From Macrostomum hystrix (Eukaryota; Animalia; Platyhelminthes), in NCBI GenBank assembly GCA_950097015.1, contig CATNEN010000038.1:33046001-33110000 (forward strand): a stretch of 64,000 bases of DNA. The letters are read 5' to 3'. A program made the translations under genes and the position numbers. A model generated the notes under the pieces. The model worked only from the letters and a program-made list of their open reading frames with translations, did not search any database and was not told the origin of the DNA. Shown in pieces: positions 1-12,932 of the stretch; within the stretch, counting starts at the first letter, position 1; each line of letters starts with the position of its first letter.

Positions 1-1258
1 TTTAGCTACTGCTCCTGCTGCGATTCTCTTTAGCTAAGGCTCCTGCTGCGATTCTCTTTAGCTACTGCTCCTGCTGCGATTCCCTTTAGCTACGGCTCCT
101 GCTGCGATTCTCTTTAGCTACTGCTCCTGCTTAATTATCTTTAGCTACTGCTCCTGGTTCGATTCTCTTTAGCTACTGCTCCTGCTTAATTATCTTTAGC
201 TACTGCTCCTGCTGCGATTCCCTTAAGCTACTGCTCCTGCTTAATTATCTTTAGCTACTGCTCCTGCTGCGATTCTCTTTAGCTATGGCTCCTGCTTTGA
301 TTCCAAAGCTACTGTTGGAGCTTCGATTCCAAAGCTACTGTTGGAGCTTCGATTCCAAAGCTACTGTTCTAGCTTCGATTCCAAAGCTACTGTTCTAGCT
401 TCGATTCCAAAGCTACTGTTCTAGCTTCGATTCCAAAGCTACTGTTCTAGCTTCGATTCCAAAGCTACTGTTCTAGCTTCGATTCCAAAGCTACTGTTCT
501 AGCTTCGATGCCAAAGCTACTGTTCTAGCTTCGATTCCAAAGCTACTGTTCTAGCTTCGATGCCAAAGCTACTTTTCTAGCTTCGATTCCAAAGCTACTG
601 TTCTAGCTTCGATTCCAAAGCTACTGTTCTAGCTTCGATTCCAAAGCTACTGTTCTAGCTTCGATTCCAAAGCTACTGTTCTAGCTTCGATTCCAAAGCT
701 ACTGTTCTAGCTTCGATTCCAAAGCTACTGTTCTAGCTTCGATTCCAAAGCTACTGTTCTAGCTTCGATTCCAAAGCTACTGTTCTAGCTTCGATGCCAA
801 AGCTACTGTTCTAGCTTCGATTCCAAAGCTACTGTTCTAGCTTCGATTCCAAAGCTACTGTTCTAGCTTCGATTCCAAAGCTACTGTTCTAGCTTCGATT
901 CCAAAGCTACTGTTCTAGCTTCGATTCCAAAGCTACTGTTCTAGCTTCGATTCCAAAGCTACTGTTCTAGCTTCGATGCCAAAGCTACTGTTCTAGCTTA
1001 GATTCCAAAGCTACTGTTCTAGCTTCGATGCCAAAGCTACTGTTGTAGCTTCGATTCCAAAGCTACTGTTCTAGATTCGATTCCAAAGCTACTGTTCTAG
1101 CTTCGATTCCAAAGCTACTGTTCTAGCTTCGATTCCAAAGCTACTGTTCTAGCTTAGATTCCAAAGCTACTGTTCTAGCTTCGATGCCAAAGCTACTGTT
1201 GTAGCTTCGATTCCAAAGCTACTGTTCTAGATTCGATTCCGAAGCTACTGTTCTAGCT
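1..1258. repeat. Compound minisatellite: 28-bp unit (1-297) switching to a related 26-bp unit (298-1258)
   Basis: Units TTTAGCTACTGCTCCTGCTGCGATTCTC then GATTCCAAAGCTACTGTTCTAGCTTC, sharing an AGCTACTG core. Confidence 0.95.
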
Positions 1259-1752
1259 TGTCGAACAGTTGACCAACATTATGTTGAATCTAAAATACAG
1301 AATACAAAGGACCATAAAATGAAACAGAACCGCTTCAGATATAATAGCCGCTGCTTGTTTTCAAATGGCACTGTTTAGCCATAGGCAGTTTCAACCACTA
1401 TTATATATAGCGTGGAGCACACAATGGTCATTCACAAGTTTTCAGGCCATAGTCGTTTAGAGGTTTCAATACAGACTATTCTTTTGAGGATCTGCCACCG
1501 TTGGTTGCCAGTGTGAGTGCATGTTGTGCGCGCGCTACTCAAGTCTACCAAGCATCGATCTGGTGCAGTCCTTATCGTCACATTCGATACGAAAATTGAT
1601 TTTTTTGTCTTTCATTTTCTCATAGCATAGCTTGGTAGACTTGCTGGTTTCTACATAGCCGAGCATTCTCCCATACAGAGCGCGGATAATATTCTATCGT
1701 TCGAGGATTTTGTTGTTTCTAAATTTAACTCTAAATCCGTTTGAATAAGGAG

Positions 1753-2630
1753 ATGGCTAACCAAGTTGGCGTCATGAACTATCAGGTGAGCTCTGCACTT
1801 GGGTCACTGTGATTATTGAGCAATTTGAGTACTTTGACATTCTATGCTCAAGTTTGCTCCGTTCTATTTCTATGCTGAAATTAGCACGGAAAGTAGCTTA
1901 TCAAAGTAGCTGACGATGAGGAAGTCAGGGTTGATGTACACACCTGCGTACGGTATCTGTGTGAGTGTACGCTCAGGAGTCAGTGAAATAGGCAGGACTG
2001 TCACCAAATGATGTGCCATGGCCCGCAGCCCTCCAGCAATTATTTTTTTTCCTGTCCTTCAACTCTTAGTGGTCATTGGTATCTATAATATGGCTTTTTG
2101 ATATCTGTTTCGTAAATGCGACAGTCTGTCGGTCATGACTACCGCGTGTTCTCCAGGCCCCCTCGCAGGCCAACTACGGCTACACCAATCCCGTCATGAC
2201 GCAGCCGCAGCCGCCGCCGCAGCCGCAGGCCCAGATGCAGCAGATGAACAATCAGGTTAACATCACTCTAAACAGTAGCCCACAAACGGTAGTTGATCCG
2301 TTTCGCGACTGGAACACCGGACTCTGCGGCTGCTGCGAGGATGTCAGCTCGTGCCTCTGTGTGCTGCTGTGTGCCCCCTGCTACGTCTGCTGCAGCCTGT
2401 CCGAGAGAGTGGGCGAGAACTGCTGCACCCCTATCTGCCTGTCTATGGTCTATCCCGGCATGTTCCTACCCGTGCTAGTCTATCGAACCAAACTGCGCGC
2501 CAAGTACAACATCAGGGGCAGCGCCATTGACGACTGCTGCTGTACAATGTGCTGCGGGCCTCTAGTGACCTGCCAGATTAAACGTGAGCTGGATCATATC
2601 GAGCGCGACACTGGATTGAAAGCCTTCTAA
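1753..2630 (+). CDS. PLAC8/cornifelin-family cysteine-rich protein; exons 1753-1785 and 2157-2630
   Basis: ATG 1753 (MANQVGVMNYQ), GT donor 1786 and CCAG acceptor 2156 keep frame into the 2196 ORF; PLAC8 signature WNTGLCGCCED...CAPC...RTKLRAKYNIRGSAIDDCC...CGPLVTCQIKREL. Confidence 0.9.
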
Positions 2631-2789
2631 AACATGACATTTTATTACGGCTTCAGCCGCCTTCCGGATCATTTGCTGTTCGACCAGTTGGTTTTGGTTT
2701 TTTACCGATGCGATTGAATTCAAATTTTCATGAATTTTCTAGACTGTGAATTTTAACGGTCTGATATTCGCAGATGCATTCTCTCAGCC

Positions 2790-3665
2790 ACTCCTCAACC
2801 TTCTCAGCCACTCTCCAAAATAATCAGTCACTCTCAGTCCTTCTCAGTCACTCTTCTACCTTCTCAGTTACTCGTCACCCTTCTCAGTCACTCCTCACCC
2901 TTCTCAGTCACTCCTCATCCCTCTCAGTCACTCTTCACCCTTCTCAGCCACTCTCCAAAATAATCAGTCACTCTTCACACTTCTCGGTCACTCCTCACCC
3001 TTCTCAGTCACTCTTCACCCTTCTCAGCCTCTCTCCAAAAAAATCAGTCACTCTCAGCCCTTCTCAGTCACTCTTCACCCTTCTCAGTCACTCCTCACCC
3101 TTCTCAGTCACTCCTCACCCTTCTCAGTCACTCCTCACCCTTCTCAGTCACTCTTCACCCTTCTCAGCCTCTCTCCAAAAAAATCAGTCACTCTCAGCCC
3201 TTCTCAGTCACTCCTCACCCTTCTCAGTCACTCCTCACCCTTCTCAGTCACTCCTCACCCTTCTCAGTCACTCTTCACCCTTCTCAGCCTCTCTCCAAAA
3301 AAATCAGTCACTCTCAGCCCTCCTCAGTCACTCTTCACCCTTCTCAGTCACTCCTCACCCTTCTCAGTCACTCGTCACCCTTCTCAGTCACTCCTCACCC
3401 TTCTCAGTCACTCGTCACCCTCCTCAGTCACTCTTCATCCTTCTCAGTCACTCTTCACCCTTCTCAGTCACTCTTCACCCTTCTCAGCCACTCTTCTACC
3501 TTCTCAGCCACTCTTCTACCTTCTCAGTCACTCCTCACCCTTCTCAGTCACTCTTCACCGTTCTCAGTCACTCTTCACCCTTCTCAGTCACTCCTCACCC
3601 TTCTCAGTCACTCCTCACCCTTCTCAGTCACTCCTCACCCTTCTCAGTCACTCGTCACCCTTCTA
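2790..3665. repeat. 20-bp minisatellite
   Basis: TTCTCAGTCACTCYTCACCC tandem units. Confidence 0.95.
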
Positions 3666-4735
3666 TAACTTCTGTTCTCTCGCCTTAACGTAAAAAATTG
3701 AGCCTGAGGTTCAATTTTGTCTACTCGTGAACATATTTTGCGGTTCCAGGATTTACCTTTAACGCGAATACTTAACTGCTTGTGCTCAACTGATCAACTA
3801 AGATTTTTATCCAATTTAAGGACAGACCATATGCCATTGTTTAACTGCAAAAAGAACAACACTTGCAAGTTGTGCATCTAAAAGTGACAAGACATTTTTT
3901 CGGAATATTTATGTAACGATGAAAAAAATCAAAATACGAGTAAAATAACATGATTTAACGGTATGCGAAAAATTCATTTAGTGGAAAAATTAGTCGTGAT
4001 GATACCTATTATGAAAAGTTCCCCTAGTCACAGTCTTAGTTTAGGCCACGGCAAGACACCTAAATATTTCCTCATGGCTTTAAAGTGCATGGCACTTAGT
4101 AGAAAAGTACATCACCTTCTTACCCAAATAATGTTCATCATTATTCATAATGATGCCCCTGAAGTACTTTACCTTTTATCATTTTAGGTGCATCACCTCC
4201 TCGTTCTAAAACTATCGGGCCTGCTGATTATAAATGGTGCAAGAAAACGTGCGTTCAGATATTAGTTGTCAATCAACAGAATAAAATAAAATCAATATAC
4301 CATATCAGTATTTTTTAAGTAGCAAGGTCTGCCCCACATCACCGATTGGTTGGCTGGGAAGGGGTGGGTGGTGACCCTCGTTGAGACTCTCTCACCTGGG
4401 CCCGCCAATCAGCGTAGAGGAGCAGAACCGGCGCGTTTTTCAACTATACTACTCATCCAAATATAAATAATATCATAAGCTGAAAATTGTAAATAGAGTT
4501 TAAATCAAACACAACGCGAATTAAGTTATGTACAAAATACTCGCTACAAAAAAACAAAAATATGATTTCGATAAAAAAACGATCAAAACATACAATGGAT
4601 GCAACAGACAAACTTCTAACGTATTACGAAATTATTAAAGTCAAGCCGTTGTCTTCATAAATTGTGTGTCTTAAACTTTGTGTGATACATTTTTACGCTT
4701 GACAGTGTCTTAGACAAACGTCTTACAATCAGTAT

Positions 4736-5392
4736 TCAAGGCCTGTACGTTGGCGGTGGCACCGGCTGATGCTGCTGATAGGGCGGTGGCTGCGGCATTG
4801 TATCAGCCACTTCACTGCCTTTTCTCAGTCTGCCGCTAGAAGCAGAAGCTGCCGAAATTGATGGCGTAGAAGGCGGAGGTGGCGCCGTTGGCGACAAAAG
4901 CGATGAAGCTCCGCTGCTCTCTACGGACGAAGGAGACGACACTGAGCCGTAAAATCGGTGCTGGTAGGCAAATTGCTGCTTACCATGCGAAACGACGGCC
5001 GGCGCCTCGCCGCAGCAGCCGTATCGCCTTCTCTGTCGTCTCTCTCTGCACGGTGCGCAGCAGCAGCAGCAGCAGCAGGTGCAGCAGACCAGCACAATAA
5101 ACGCAATGCCGCAGGCTATTAACACCACAGACCAATTGTGGGGCAGATACCGGCTGGCTGTGCATTGATAGCCGTTTCTCACTGACGCGTCGCAGCTTTG
5201 ACTACAGGAGCTGCAGCAGTACTGACCTTCAAGAGGCTCGTCGAAGTCTTGCAGGCAGCAAAACTGCGGGCACTTCATGCGCCAGGGACCGAAGCCCGGA
5301 CAGTCCTGCTCGGCGGTCACCGTCTCGACGCAGACGCTGAAGTATGTCAGGAGCGTCAGCAAAAGGAGTGAATGAAACCAGCACGATTTCAT
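4736..5392 (-). CDS. Shisa-like/WBP1-VOPP1-like single-pass membrane protein, intronless, ~218 aa
   Basis: ATG at 5392 (MKSCWFHSLLLLTLL signal peptide), Cys-rich ectodomain (C..CPQFCC..YCC), one TM helix, juxtamembrane poly-Cys, C-terminal PPPY and PPTY motifs. Confidence 0.75.
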   Translation of the reverse strand: MKSCWFHSLLLLTLLTYFSVCVETVTAEQDCPGFGPWRMKCPQFCCLQDFDEPLEGQYCCSSCSQSCDASVRNGYQCTASRYLPHNWSVVLIACGIAFIVLVCCTCCCCCCCAPCRERRQRRRYGCCGEAPAVVSHGKQQFAYQHRFYGSVSSPSSVESSGASSLLSPTAPPPPSTPSISAASASSGRLRKGSEVADTMPQPPPYQQHQPVPPPTYRP

Positions 5393-5814
5393 TATGTCTG
5401 CAAGCAAAACCAGAGCTATGAAACGATCTGCTTTCGCTGCCTATCGCTTTCTCAACTGACGCCTTAAGAAAATATCGGGTTCTGTTTACCAGAATTCGCT
5501 CAGGAAAAAAAAGAGATAAGAGTGACGAGATAAGTGTTCTATAGCGAATCTGTTCGTGTGTGTACATTTAGTTAGATCGACTAGAAACCTAGCCCTGTGT
5601 GTTCTGCAACTTCTAGAAATCTGCCGCATGAGGTATTTATACGACGTATAATTACAGACTTTTTCTAGAATTTCTGACAGCACTTGAGTCTCAGTTGGCC
5701 CATCACGAAATATTTCTACGGCAGGCTCTGCGAAACGAAATAGTTGGAAAATTTTTGGATTTTCGCATTTTCTGTCACACTGCTGATAGTTAGTGACACT
5801 CGTCACAAGTAAAT

Positions 5815-7452
5815 TTGTCACTCTACTCCAAAGTCTGTCACTCTCCTCAAAAGTCTGTCACTCTTCTCAAAAGTCTGTCACTCTCCTCCAAAGTCTGTCA
5901 CTCTCCTCCAAAGTCTGTCACTCTTCTCAAAAGTCTGTCACTCTCCTCAAAAGTCTGTCACTCTCCTCAAAAGTCTGTCACTCTCCTCAAAAGTCTGTCA
6001 CTCTCATCAAAAGTCTGTCACTCTCCTCAAACGTCTATCACTCTCCTCCAAAGTCTATCACTGTTTCCAAGTCTGTCAATCTCTTCCTAATTCTGTTACT
6101 GTCTTCCCAAGCCTGTCACTCTCCTCCAAAGTCTGTCACTCACCTCCCAATCCTGTCACTCTCTTCCTAATTCTGACACTCTCTTCCCAAGTCTGTCACT
6201 CTCTTCCTAATTCTTTTACTGTCTTCCCAATTCTGTCACTCTTTTCCCAGTTATATCACTCTCTTCCCAAGTCTATCACTTTCTTCCTAAGTCGGTGACT
6301 CTCTTCCCAAGTCGGTGACTCTCTTCCCAATTCTATCACTCTCTTCCCAAGTCTGTCACTATATTCCCAAGTCTGTCACTCTCTTCCCTAGTCTGTCACT
6401 CTACCCAAGTCTGTCACTCTCTTCCCAAGTCGGTGACTCTCTTCCCAATTCTATCACTCTCTTCCCAAGTCTGTCACTATATTCCCAAGTCTGTCACTCT
6501 CTTCCCAAGTCTGTTACTCTACCCAAGTCTGTCACTCTACCCAAGTCTGTCACTCTCTTCCCAAGTCGGTGACTCTCTTCCCAATTCTATCACTCTCTTC
6601 CCAATTATATCACTCTCTTCCCAATTCTGTCACTATATTCCCAAGTCTGTCACTCTCTTCCCTAGTCTGTCACTCTTCCCAAGTCTGTCACTCTCTTCCC
6701 AAGTCGGTGACTCTCTTCCCAATTCTATCACTCTCTTCCCTAGTCTGTCACTCTACCCAAGTCTGTCACTCTCTTCCCAAGTCGGTGACTCTCTTCCCAA
6801 TTCTATCACTCTCTTCCCAATTCTATCACTCTCTTCCCAAGTCTATCACTCTCTTCCCAAGTCTGTCACTCTCTTCCCAAGTCTATCACTCTCTTCCCAA
6901 GTCTGTCACTCTCTTCCCAAGTCTGTCACTCTCTTCCCAAGTCGGTGACTCTCTTCCCAATTCTATCACTCTCTTCCCAATTCTATCACTCTCTTCCCAA
7001 GTCTATCACTCTCTTCCCAAGTCTGTCACTCTCTTCCCAAGTCTATCACTCTCTTCCCAAGTCTGTCACTCTCTTCCCAAGTCTGTCACTCTCTTCCCAA
7101 GTCGGTGACTCTCTTCCCAATTCTATCACTCTCTTCCCAATTCTATCACTCTCTTCCCAAGTCTATCACTCTCTTCCCAAGTCTGTCACTCTCTTCCCAA
7201 GTCTATCACTCTCTTCCCAAGTCTGTCACTCTCTTCCCAAGTCTGTCACTCTCTTCCCAAGTCGGTGACTCTCTTCCCAATTCTATCACTCTCTTCCCTA
7301 GTCTGTCACTCTACCCAAGTCTGTCACTCTCTTCCCAATTCTATCACTCTCTTCCCAAGTCTGTCACTCTCTTCCCAAGTCTATCACTCTCTTCCCAAGT
7401 CTGTCACTCTCTTCCCAAGTCTGTCACTCTCTTCCCAAGTCGGTGACTCTCT
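5815..7452. repeat. 20-bp minisatellite
   Basis: AAGTCTGTCACTCTCTTCCC-type units with variants. Confidence 0.95.
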
Positions 7453-7903
7453 TCTTAAGTGTCATAGTTGTCTCCGCAAACCTGGCCCTATTCTCATTAT
7501 TGTCAAGATTTCGCAACCTCTGAGACTTAAATTACTAAAAACGGAATAATTGTTCCACAGAATGGGAGATCTGCATGTGATAGACCGGTTTAATCTGGAT
7601 TTCAAGCACCCGAAGTTGGCGTAGATAACAATTTCATTGATTTGTATTAATTTATAGTCCGCTTCGTGCCACCAACTATTTATCAAATCTGCTGATAAGA
7701 AGAAGCCTACTAGCCCGATAGTGAAATGAACACGAGCTCTGGATAAATTAACCTGGATAAGCTATACCGCATATACGGCTCGTATATATATGTCCAAGTG
7801 CACAGCATATTCGTTGCAATTATAATTGAACTGACCGCACTATATTAAAACACAGACTAACTCGAAAACTATTTGTTTCCAAGCAAAAAAGGCTAGACAA
7901 ACA

Positions 7904-10691
7904 ATGAGAATAACAAATGTTAATGTCTATAGGGCTGATCTGCCGCTGCTAAACGAGAGCTACAATTGGTCCGACGGAAAATCAGTTCGCGTACTGGACG
8001 CAACGGTTGTTGAATTGGTCACCGACTCCGGCATTCGCGGCTACGGCGAGTGCTGCCCTCTGGGGCCAAACTATCTGCCAAGCTATGCCAACGGATTGAG
8101 AACAGGTCTGGCCGAACTCAGGCCCTGTCTCATTGGCCTGGATCCACTGGACATCGATGTGGTCAATCGGAAGATGGACTATGAATTGAAGGCAGGTGAA
8201 ATTGCAGATACCATGTGGAACTTTAAGCACCTGTTAGACATGAGCTACTAGCACCTGTTAGACATGAGCTACTAGCACCTGTTGGACACGAGCAAATAGC
8301 ACCTGTTAGACAAGAGCTACTAGCACCTGTTAGACATGAGCTACTAGCACCTGTTAGACATGAGCTACTAGCACCTGTTAGACATGAGCAAATAGCACCT
8401 GTTAGACATGAGCTACTAGCACCTGTTAGACATGAGCTACTAGCACCTGTTAGACATGAGCTACTAGCACCTGTTGGACACGAGCAAATAGCACCTGTTA
8501 GACATGAGCTACTAGCACCTGTTAGACATGAGCTACTAGCACCTGTTAGACATGAGCTACTAGCACCTGTTAGACATGAGCAAATAGCACCTGTTAGACA
8601 TGAGCTACTAGCACCTGTTAGACATGAGCTACTAGCACCTGTTAGACATGAGCAAATAGCACCTGTTAGACATGAGCAAATAGTACCTGTTAGACATGAG
8701 CAAATAGCACCTGTTAGACATGAGCAAATAGCACCTGTTAGACATGAGCAAATAGCACCTGTTAGACATGAGCTACTAGCAACTGTTAGACATGAGCAAA
8801 TAGCACCTGTTAGACATGAGCAAATAGTACCTGTTAGACATGAGCAAATAGCACCTGTTAGACATGAGCAAATAGTACCTGTTAGACATGAGCAAATAGC
8901 ACCTGTTAGACATGAGCTACTAGCACCTGTTAGACATGAGCTACTAGCAACTGTTAGACATGAGCTACTAGCACCTGTTAGACATGAGCTACTAGCACCT
9001 GTTAGACATGAGCTACTAGCACCTGTTAGACATGAGCTACTAGCACCTGTTAGACATGAGCAAATAGCACCTGCTAGACATGAGCTACTAGCACCTGTTA
9101 GACATGAGCTAATAGCACCTGTTAGACATGAGCAGCTAGTACCTGTTAGATACTTAAGTCCATACCTAAAGATCAATATGTGAGTACTGAGCTCTTGCTC
9201 GCCATGCAAATAATGATAGGGCCATCCCTACGTGAAGTCCCCAGTGGACATGGCACTCTGGGACATACTCGGCAAGTTCGCCAAGCTGCCAGTCTGCACT
9301 CTGCTTGGCGGCCGCTACGGTGACAGCGTGCCACTGTACCGTCCAATCAGTCAGGGCAGCCCAGAGGAGATGGTCGAGCGGGTGCGTCATTACCGAGCTA
9401 CCCGCGGCTATCGGCGCTTCCAGCTCAAAGTTGGCGGCGCCGACGAGGCGTTGGACGCTGCCAGAATTCGAGCTGTTCGAGCGTCACTCAGAGATGACGA
9501 ACTGCTGGTGGCAGATGCCAACACAGGCGAGGCTTATTGGGGTTGCAGTCTATGGCAATAATTCAGGAGGGTAGCTTTCCGGGGTGCAGTCTATGGCAAT
9601 AACACTATTCAGGAGGGTAGCTTTTTGGGGTGCAGTCTATGGCAATAACACCACTCGGGAGGGCAGCTTTCTGGGGTGCAGCCTATGGCAATGACACCAC
9701 TCGGGAGGGCAGCTTTCTGGGGTGCAGTCTATGGCAATAACACCACTCTGGAGGGCAGCTTTCTGGGGTGCAGCCTATGGTACTAACACAAATTGGAACA
9801 ATACCCTGGGTAGCTAAATGGGGTGTAGTCTATGGTAAAAACCTTATTCGGGAGGGTTAGCTACGAGTAACTGGGATGCAGTCGATGGAAATGATACGAT
9901 TGAAAAGAATAGCTAAATTTGGTTCAGTCTATGGTAATAAAACCATTTTTAGGGTAGCTAAGTGGGTAGTAGTCTATGTTAAAAACAACACTCGGGAGTG
10001 TAGCTAACTAGGGTGCAGTCTATGGCAACAACATCCGTTCGGAAGGACGGCCCATAGCGTGGGTGCAGTCGAGATAATAAAGCCTTTAGAAGTATAGCTA
10101 ATTATAGTGCAATGAAGATCAATAAAACCAAAAAAAACTGAAACAGTAAAAGCAACGAAATGCAACTAAACACTGCCATTTGCAGGCTGGCTGCCTCACC
10201 AGGCTATCCGGGTTTGCCAGTCGGTCTCCGACCTGAACGTCTACATCGAGCAGCCTTGCGCCACCATGGACCAGTGCCGTCAGGTTCGCGAGGCCAGCGC
10301 TTGCGGCCTACCGTTCATCTTAGACGAGAGTGTCGACTCACTCGACAGCCTTTTGTCTCTGCGCGGCTCGGCCGATTGTGTCAATATCAAAATTAGCAAA
10401 GCTGGCGGCCTCACTAAGGCTAGGCAGATGCGTGACCTTGCCGTGCACCTGGGCCTGGCAATGATTATTGAAGACTGCTGGGGCAGCGACTTTGTCACAG
10501 CCGCTATCGCGCACTTGGCTCACAGTACACCTGAGAAGCATCGGTTAATGAGCGCCGATTTTAATATTTATCACCCGGTACGCACTGGACATCTTCATAA
10601 GCCGCTGTCCAATGACCAGGGCGGTATGGCAGCTCCGGATGGCCCAGGACTTGGCGTTGAGCCCAATTTTAACGCTCTGGTCAAGGTGTGA
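7904..10691 (+). CDS. Mandelate racemase/muconate-lactonizing enzyme family protein, cis-3-hydroxy-L-proline dehydratase / hydroxyproline-betaine 2-epimerase-like; exons 7904-8191, 9220-9526, 10186-10691 (366 aa)
   Basis: Spliced product reads ...GECCPLGPNYLPSYA...MDYELK|GHPYVKSPVDMALWDILGK...FQLKVG...DANTG|WLPHQA...YIEQPC...LDE...NIKISKAGGLT...EDCWG...PGLG. Metal ligands D/E/D and the catalytic Lys positions are present, and the length is typical for the family. Confidence 0.9.
8226..9150. repeat. 24-bp minisatellite filling intron 1 of the enolase-family gene
   Basis: AGCACCTGTTAGACATGAGCTACT units. Confidence 0.95.
9540..10070. repeat. Degenerate ~46-bp minisatellite in intron 2
   Basis: GGGGTGCAGTCTATGGCAATAACAC... 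units decaying toward the 3' side. Confidence 0.85.
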
Positions 10692-10702
10692 ACTGCGGAT
10701 GA

Positions 10703-11630
10703 GGAGAGAGTAGGGAGAGAGTAGAGAGATAGTAGAGAGAGAATAGGAAGAGAGTAGGGAGAGAGAAGGGAGAGATTAGGGAGAGAGTAGGAAGAGAGTA
10801 GGGAGAGAGAAGGGAGAGATTAGGGAGAGAGTAGGAAGAGAGTAGGGAGAGAGAAGGGAGAGATTAGGGAGAGAGTAGGAAGAGAGTAGGGACAGATTAG
10901 GGAGAGAGTAGGGAGAGAGTAGAGAGATAGTAGAGAGAGAATAGGAAGAGAGTAGGGAGAGAGAAGGGAGAGATTAGGGAGAGAGTAGGAAGAGAGTAGG
11001 GACAGATTAGGGAGAGATTAGGGAGAGAGTAGAGAGAGAGAGTAGAGAGAGAATAGGAAGAGAGTAGGGAGAGAGTAGAGAGATAGTAGAGAGAGAATAG
11101 GAAGAGAGTAAGGAGAGAGAAGGGAGAGATTAGGGAGAGAGTAGGAAGAGAGTAGGGACAGATTAGGGAGAGAGTAGGGAGAGAGTAGAGAGATAGTAGA
11201 GAGAGAATAGGAAGAGACTGGGAAAGAGAAGGGAGAGATTAGGGAGAGAGTAGGAAGAGAGTAGGGACAGATTAGGGAGAGAGTAGGGAGAAAGTAGAGA
11301 GATAGTAGAGAGAGAATAGGAAGAGAGTAGGGAGAGAGAAGGGAGAGATTAGGGAGAGAGTAGGAAGAGAGTAGGGACAGATTAGGGAGAGAGTAGGGAG
11401 AAAGTAGAGAGAGAGTAGAGAGAGAATAGGAAGAGAGTAGGGAGAGAGAAGGGAGAGATTAGGGAGAGAGTAGAGAGAGAGTAGAGAGAGAATAGGAAGA
11501 GAGTAGGGAGAGATAAGGGAGAGATTAGGGAGAGAGTAGAGAGAGATAGGCAGAAGGTAGGGAGAAAAAGAGGAGATATTAGGGAGAGAGTAGGGAGAGA
11601 GTAGGGAGAGAGTAGGGAGAGAGTAGGGAA
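10703..11630. repeat. Purine-rich (AG) minisatellite
   Basis: TAGGGAGAGAG-type units. Confidence 0.95.
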
Positions 11631-12039
11631 CAAAGCATCGAATCTAATTTCTGGTTAGTATTTTGATTCTTTTTAAGTTGTGCTCTCTTCAATTTGGTTT
11701 TTTATGAACTATTCTCAATATTCAGTCAATCTAAAACTTATCAAAACTAATTTCTGTATTGATCTTTTACACAAAAAATTAACTGATAAACAGTTTTAAT
11801 TTTGCTTAATAACTAATAGTTGGTTTCGACATTTCAAAACTGCAAAAACAAGTTCCACCTGTTCTACTTAAAGTACGGTAAGAAAGTGCAGCAGCATGAA
11901 ATGCTAAAAAATGGTAAAAAATGATTAGGTTTACTCTTAGATCATTTCTAAGAAACTTATAATTTTCATTTTCATGCTTTATATTTGTATTTAGCTCAGA
12001 ATTACATATAAGTACTTCGAAGTACATTAAGCTCGTCCA

Positions 12040-12932
12040 TATTGGAATTCCCAAATTATCGGCATATTAGAATTCACAAATTATCGTTCATATTGGAATT
12101 ACCAAATTATCGTTCATATTGGAATTCCCAAGTTATCGTACATATTGGAATTCCCAAATTATCGTTCATATTGGAATTCCCAAGTTATCGTACATATTGG
12201 AATTCCCAAGTTATCGTTCATATTGGAATTCCCAAGTTTATCGTACATATTGGAATTCCCAAATTATCGTTCATATTGGAATTCCCAAGTTATCGTACAT
12301 ATTGGAATTCCCAAGTTATCGTTCATATTGGAATTCCCAAGTTTATCGTACGAGCTACTCGTACATATTGGAATTCCCACATTATCGTTCATATTGGAAT
12401 TCCCAAATTATCGTACATATTGGAATTCCCAAGTTATCGTACATATTGGAATTCCCAAATTATCGTACATATTGGAATTCCCAAGTTATCGTACATATTG
12501 GAATTCCCAAATTATCGTACATATTGGAATTCCCAAGTTTATCGTACGAGCTACTCGTACATATTGGAATTCCCACATTATCGTTCATATTGGAATTCCC
12601 AAATTATCGTACATATTGGAATTCCCAAGTTATCGTACATATTGGAATTCCCAAATTATCGTTCATATTGGAATTCCCAAGTTATCGTACATATTGGAAT
12701 TCCCAAATTATCGTACATATTGGAATTCCCAAGTTATCGTACATATTGGAATTCCCAAATTATCGTTCATATTGGAATTCCCAAGTTTATCGTACGAGCT
12801 ACTCGTACATATTGGAATTCCCAAATTATCGTACATATTGGAATTCCCACATTATCGTACATATTGGAATTCCCAAATTATCGTACATATTGGAATTCCC
12901 AAGTTTATCGTACATATTGGAATTCCCAAGTT
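12040..12932. repeat. 26-bp minisatellite
   Basis: ATATTGGAATTCCCAAGTTATCGTAC units, each with the palindrome GGAATTCC. Confidence 0.95.

Noticed and set aside
1911-1990. Hammerhead ribozyme (CTGACGA...GAAA) in the PLAC8 intron
   Set aside because: Could not build stems I-III around the core, and the minus-strand copy near 24686 lacks the CTGACGA motif
4326-4430. Imperfect inverted repeat with CCAAT motifs as a MITE
   Set aside because: Arms are too degenerate and there is no TSD or second copy in the window
7904-10691. Bacterial contamination
   Set aside because: The gene has spliceosomal introns filled with host-type minisatellites and is contiguous with animal genes
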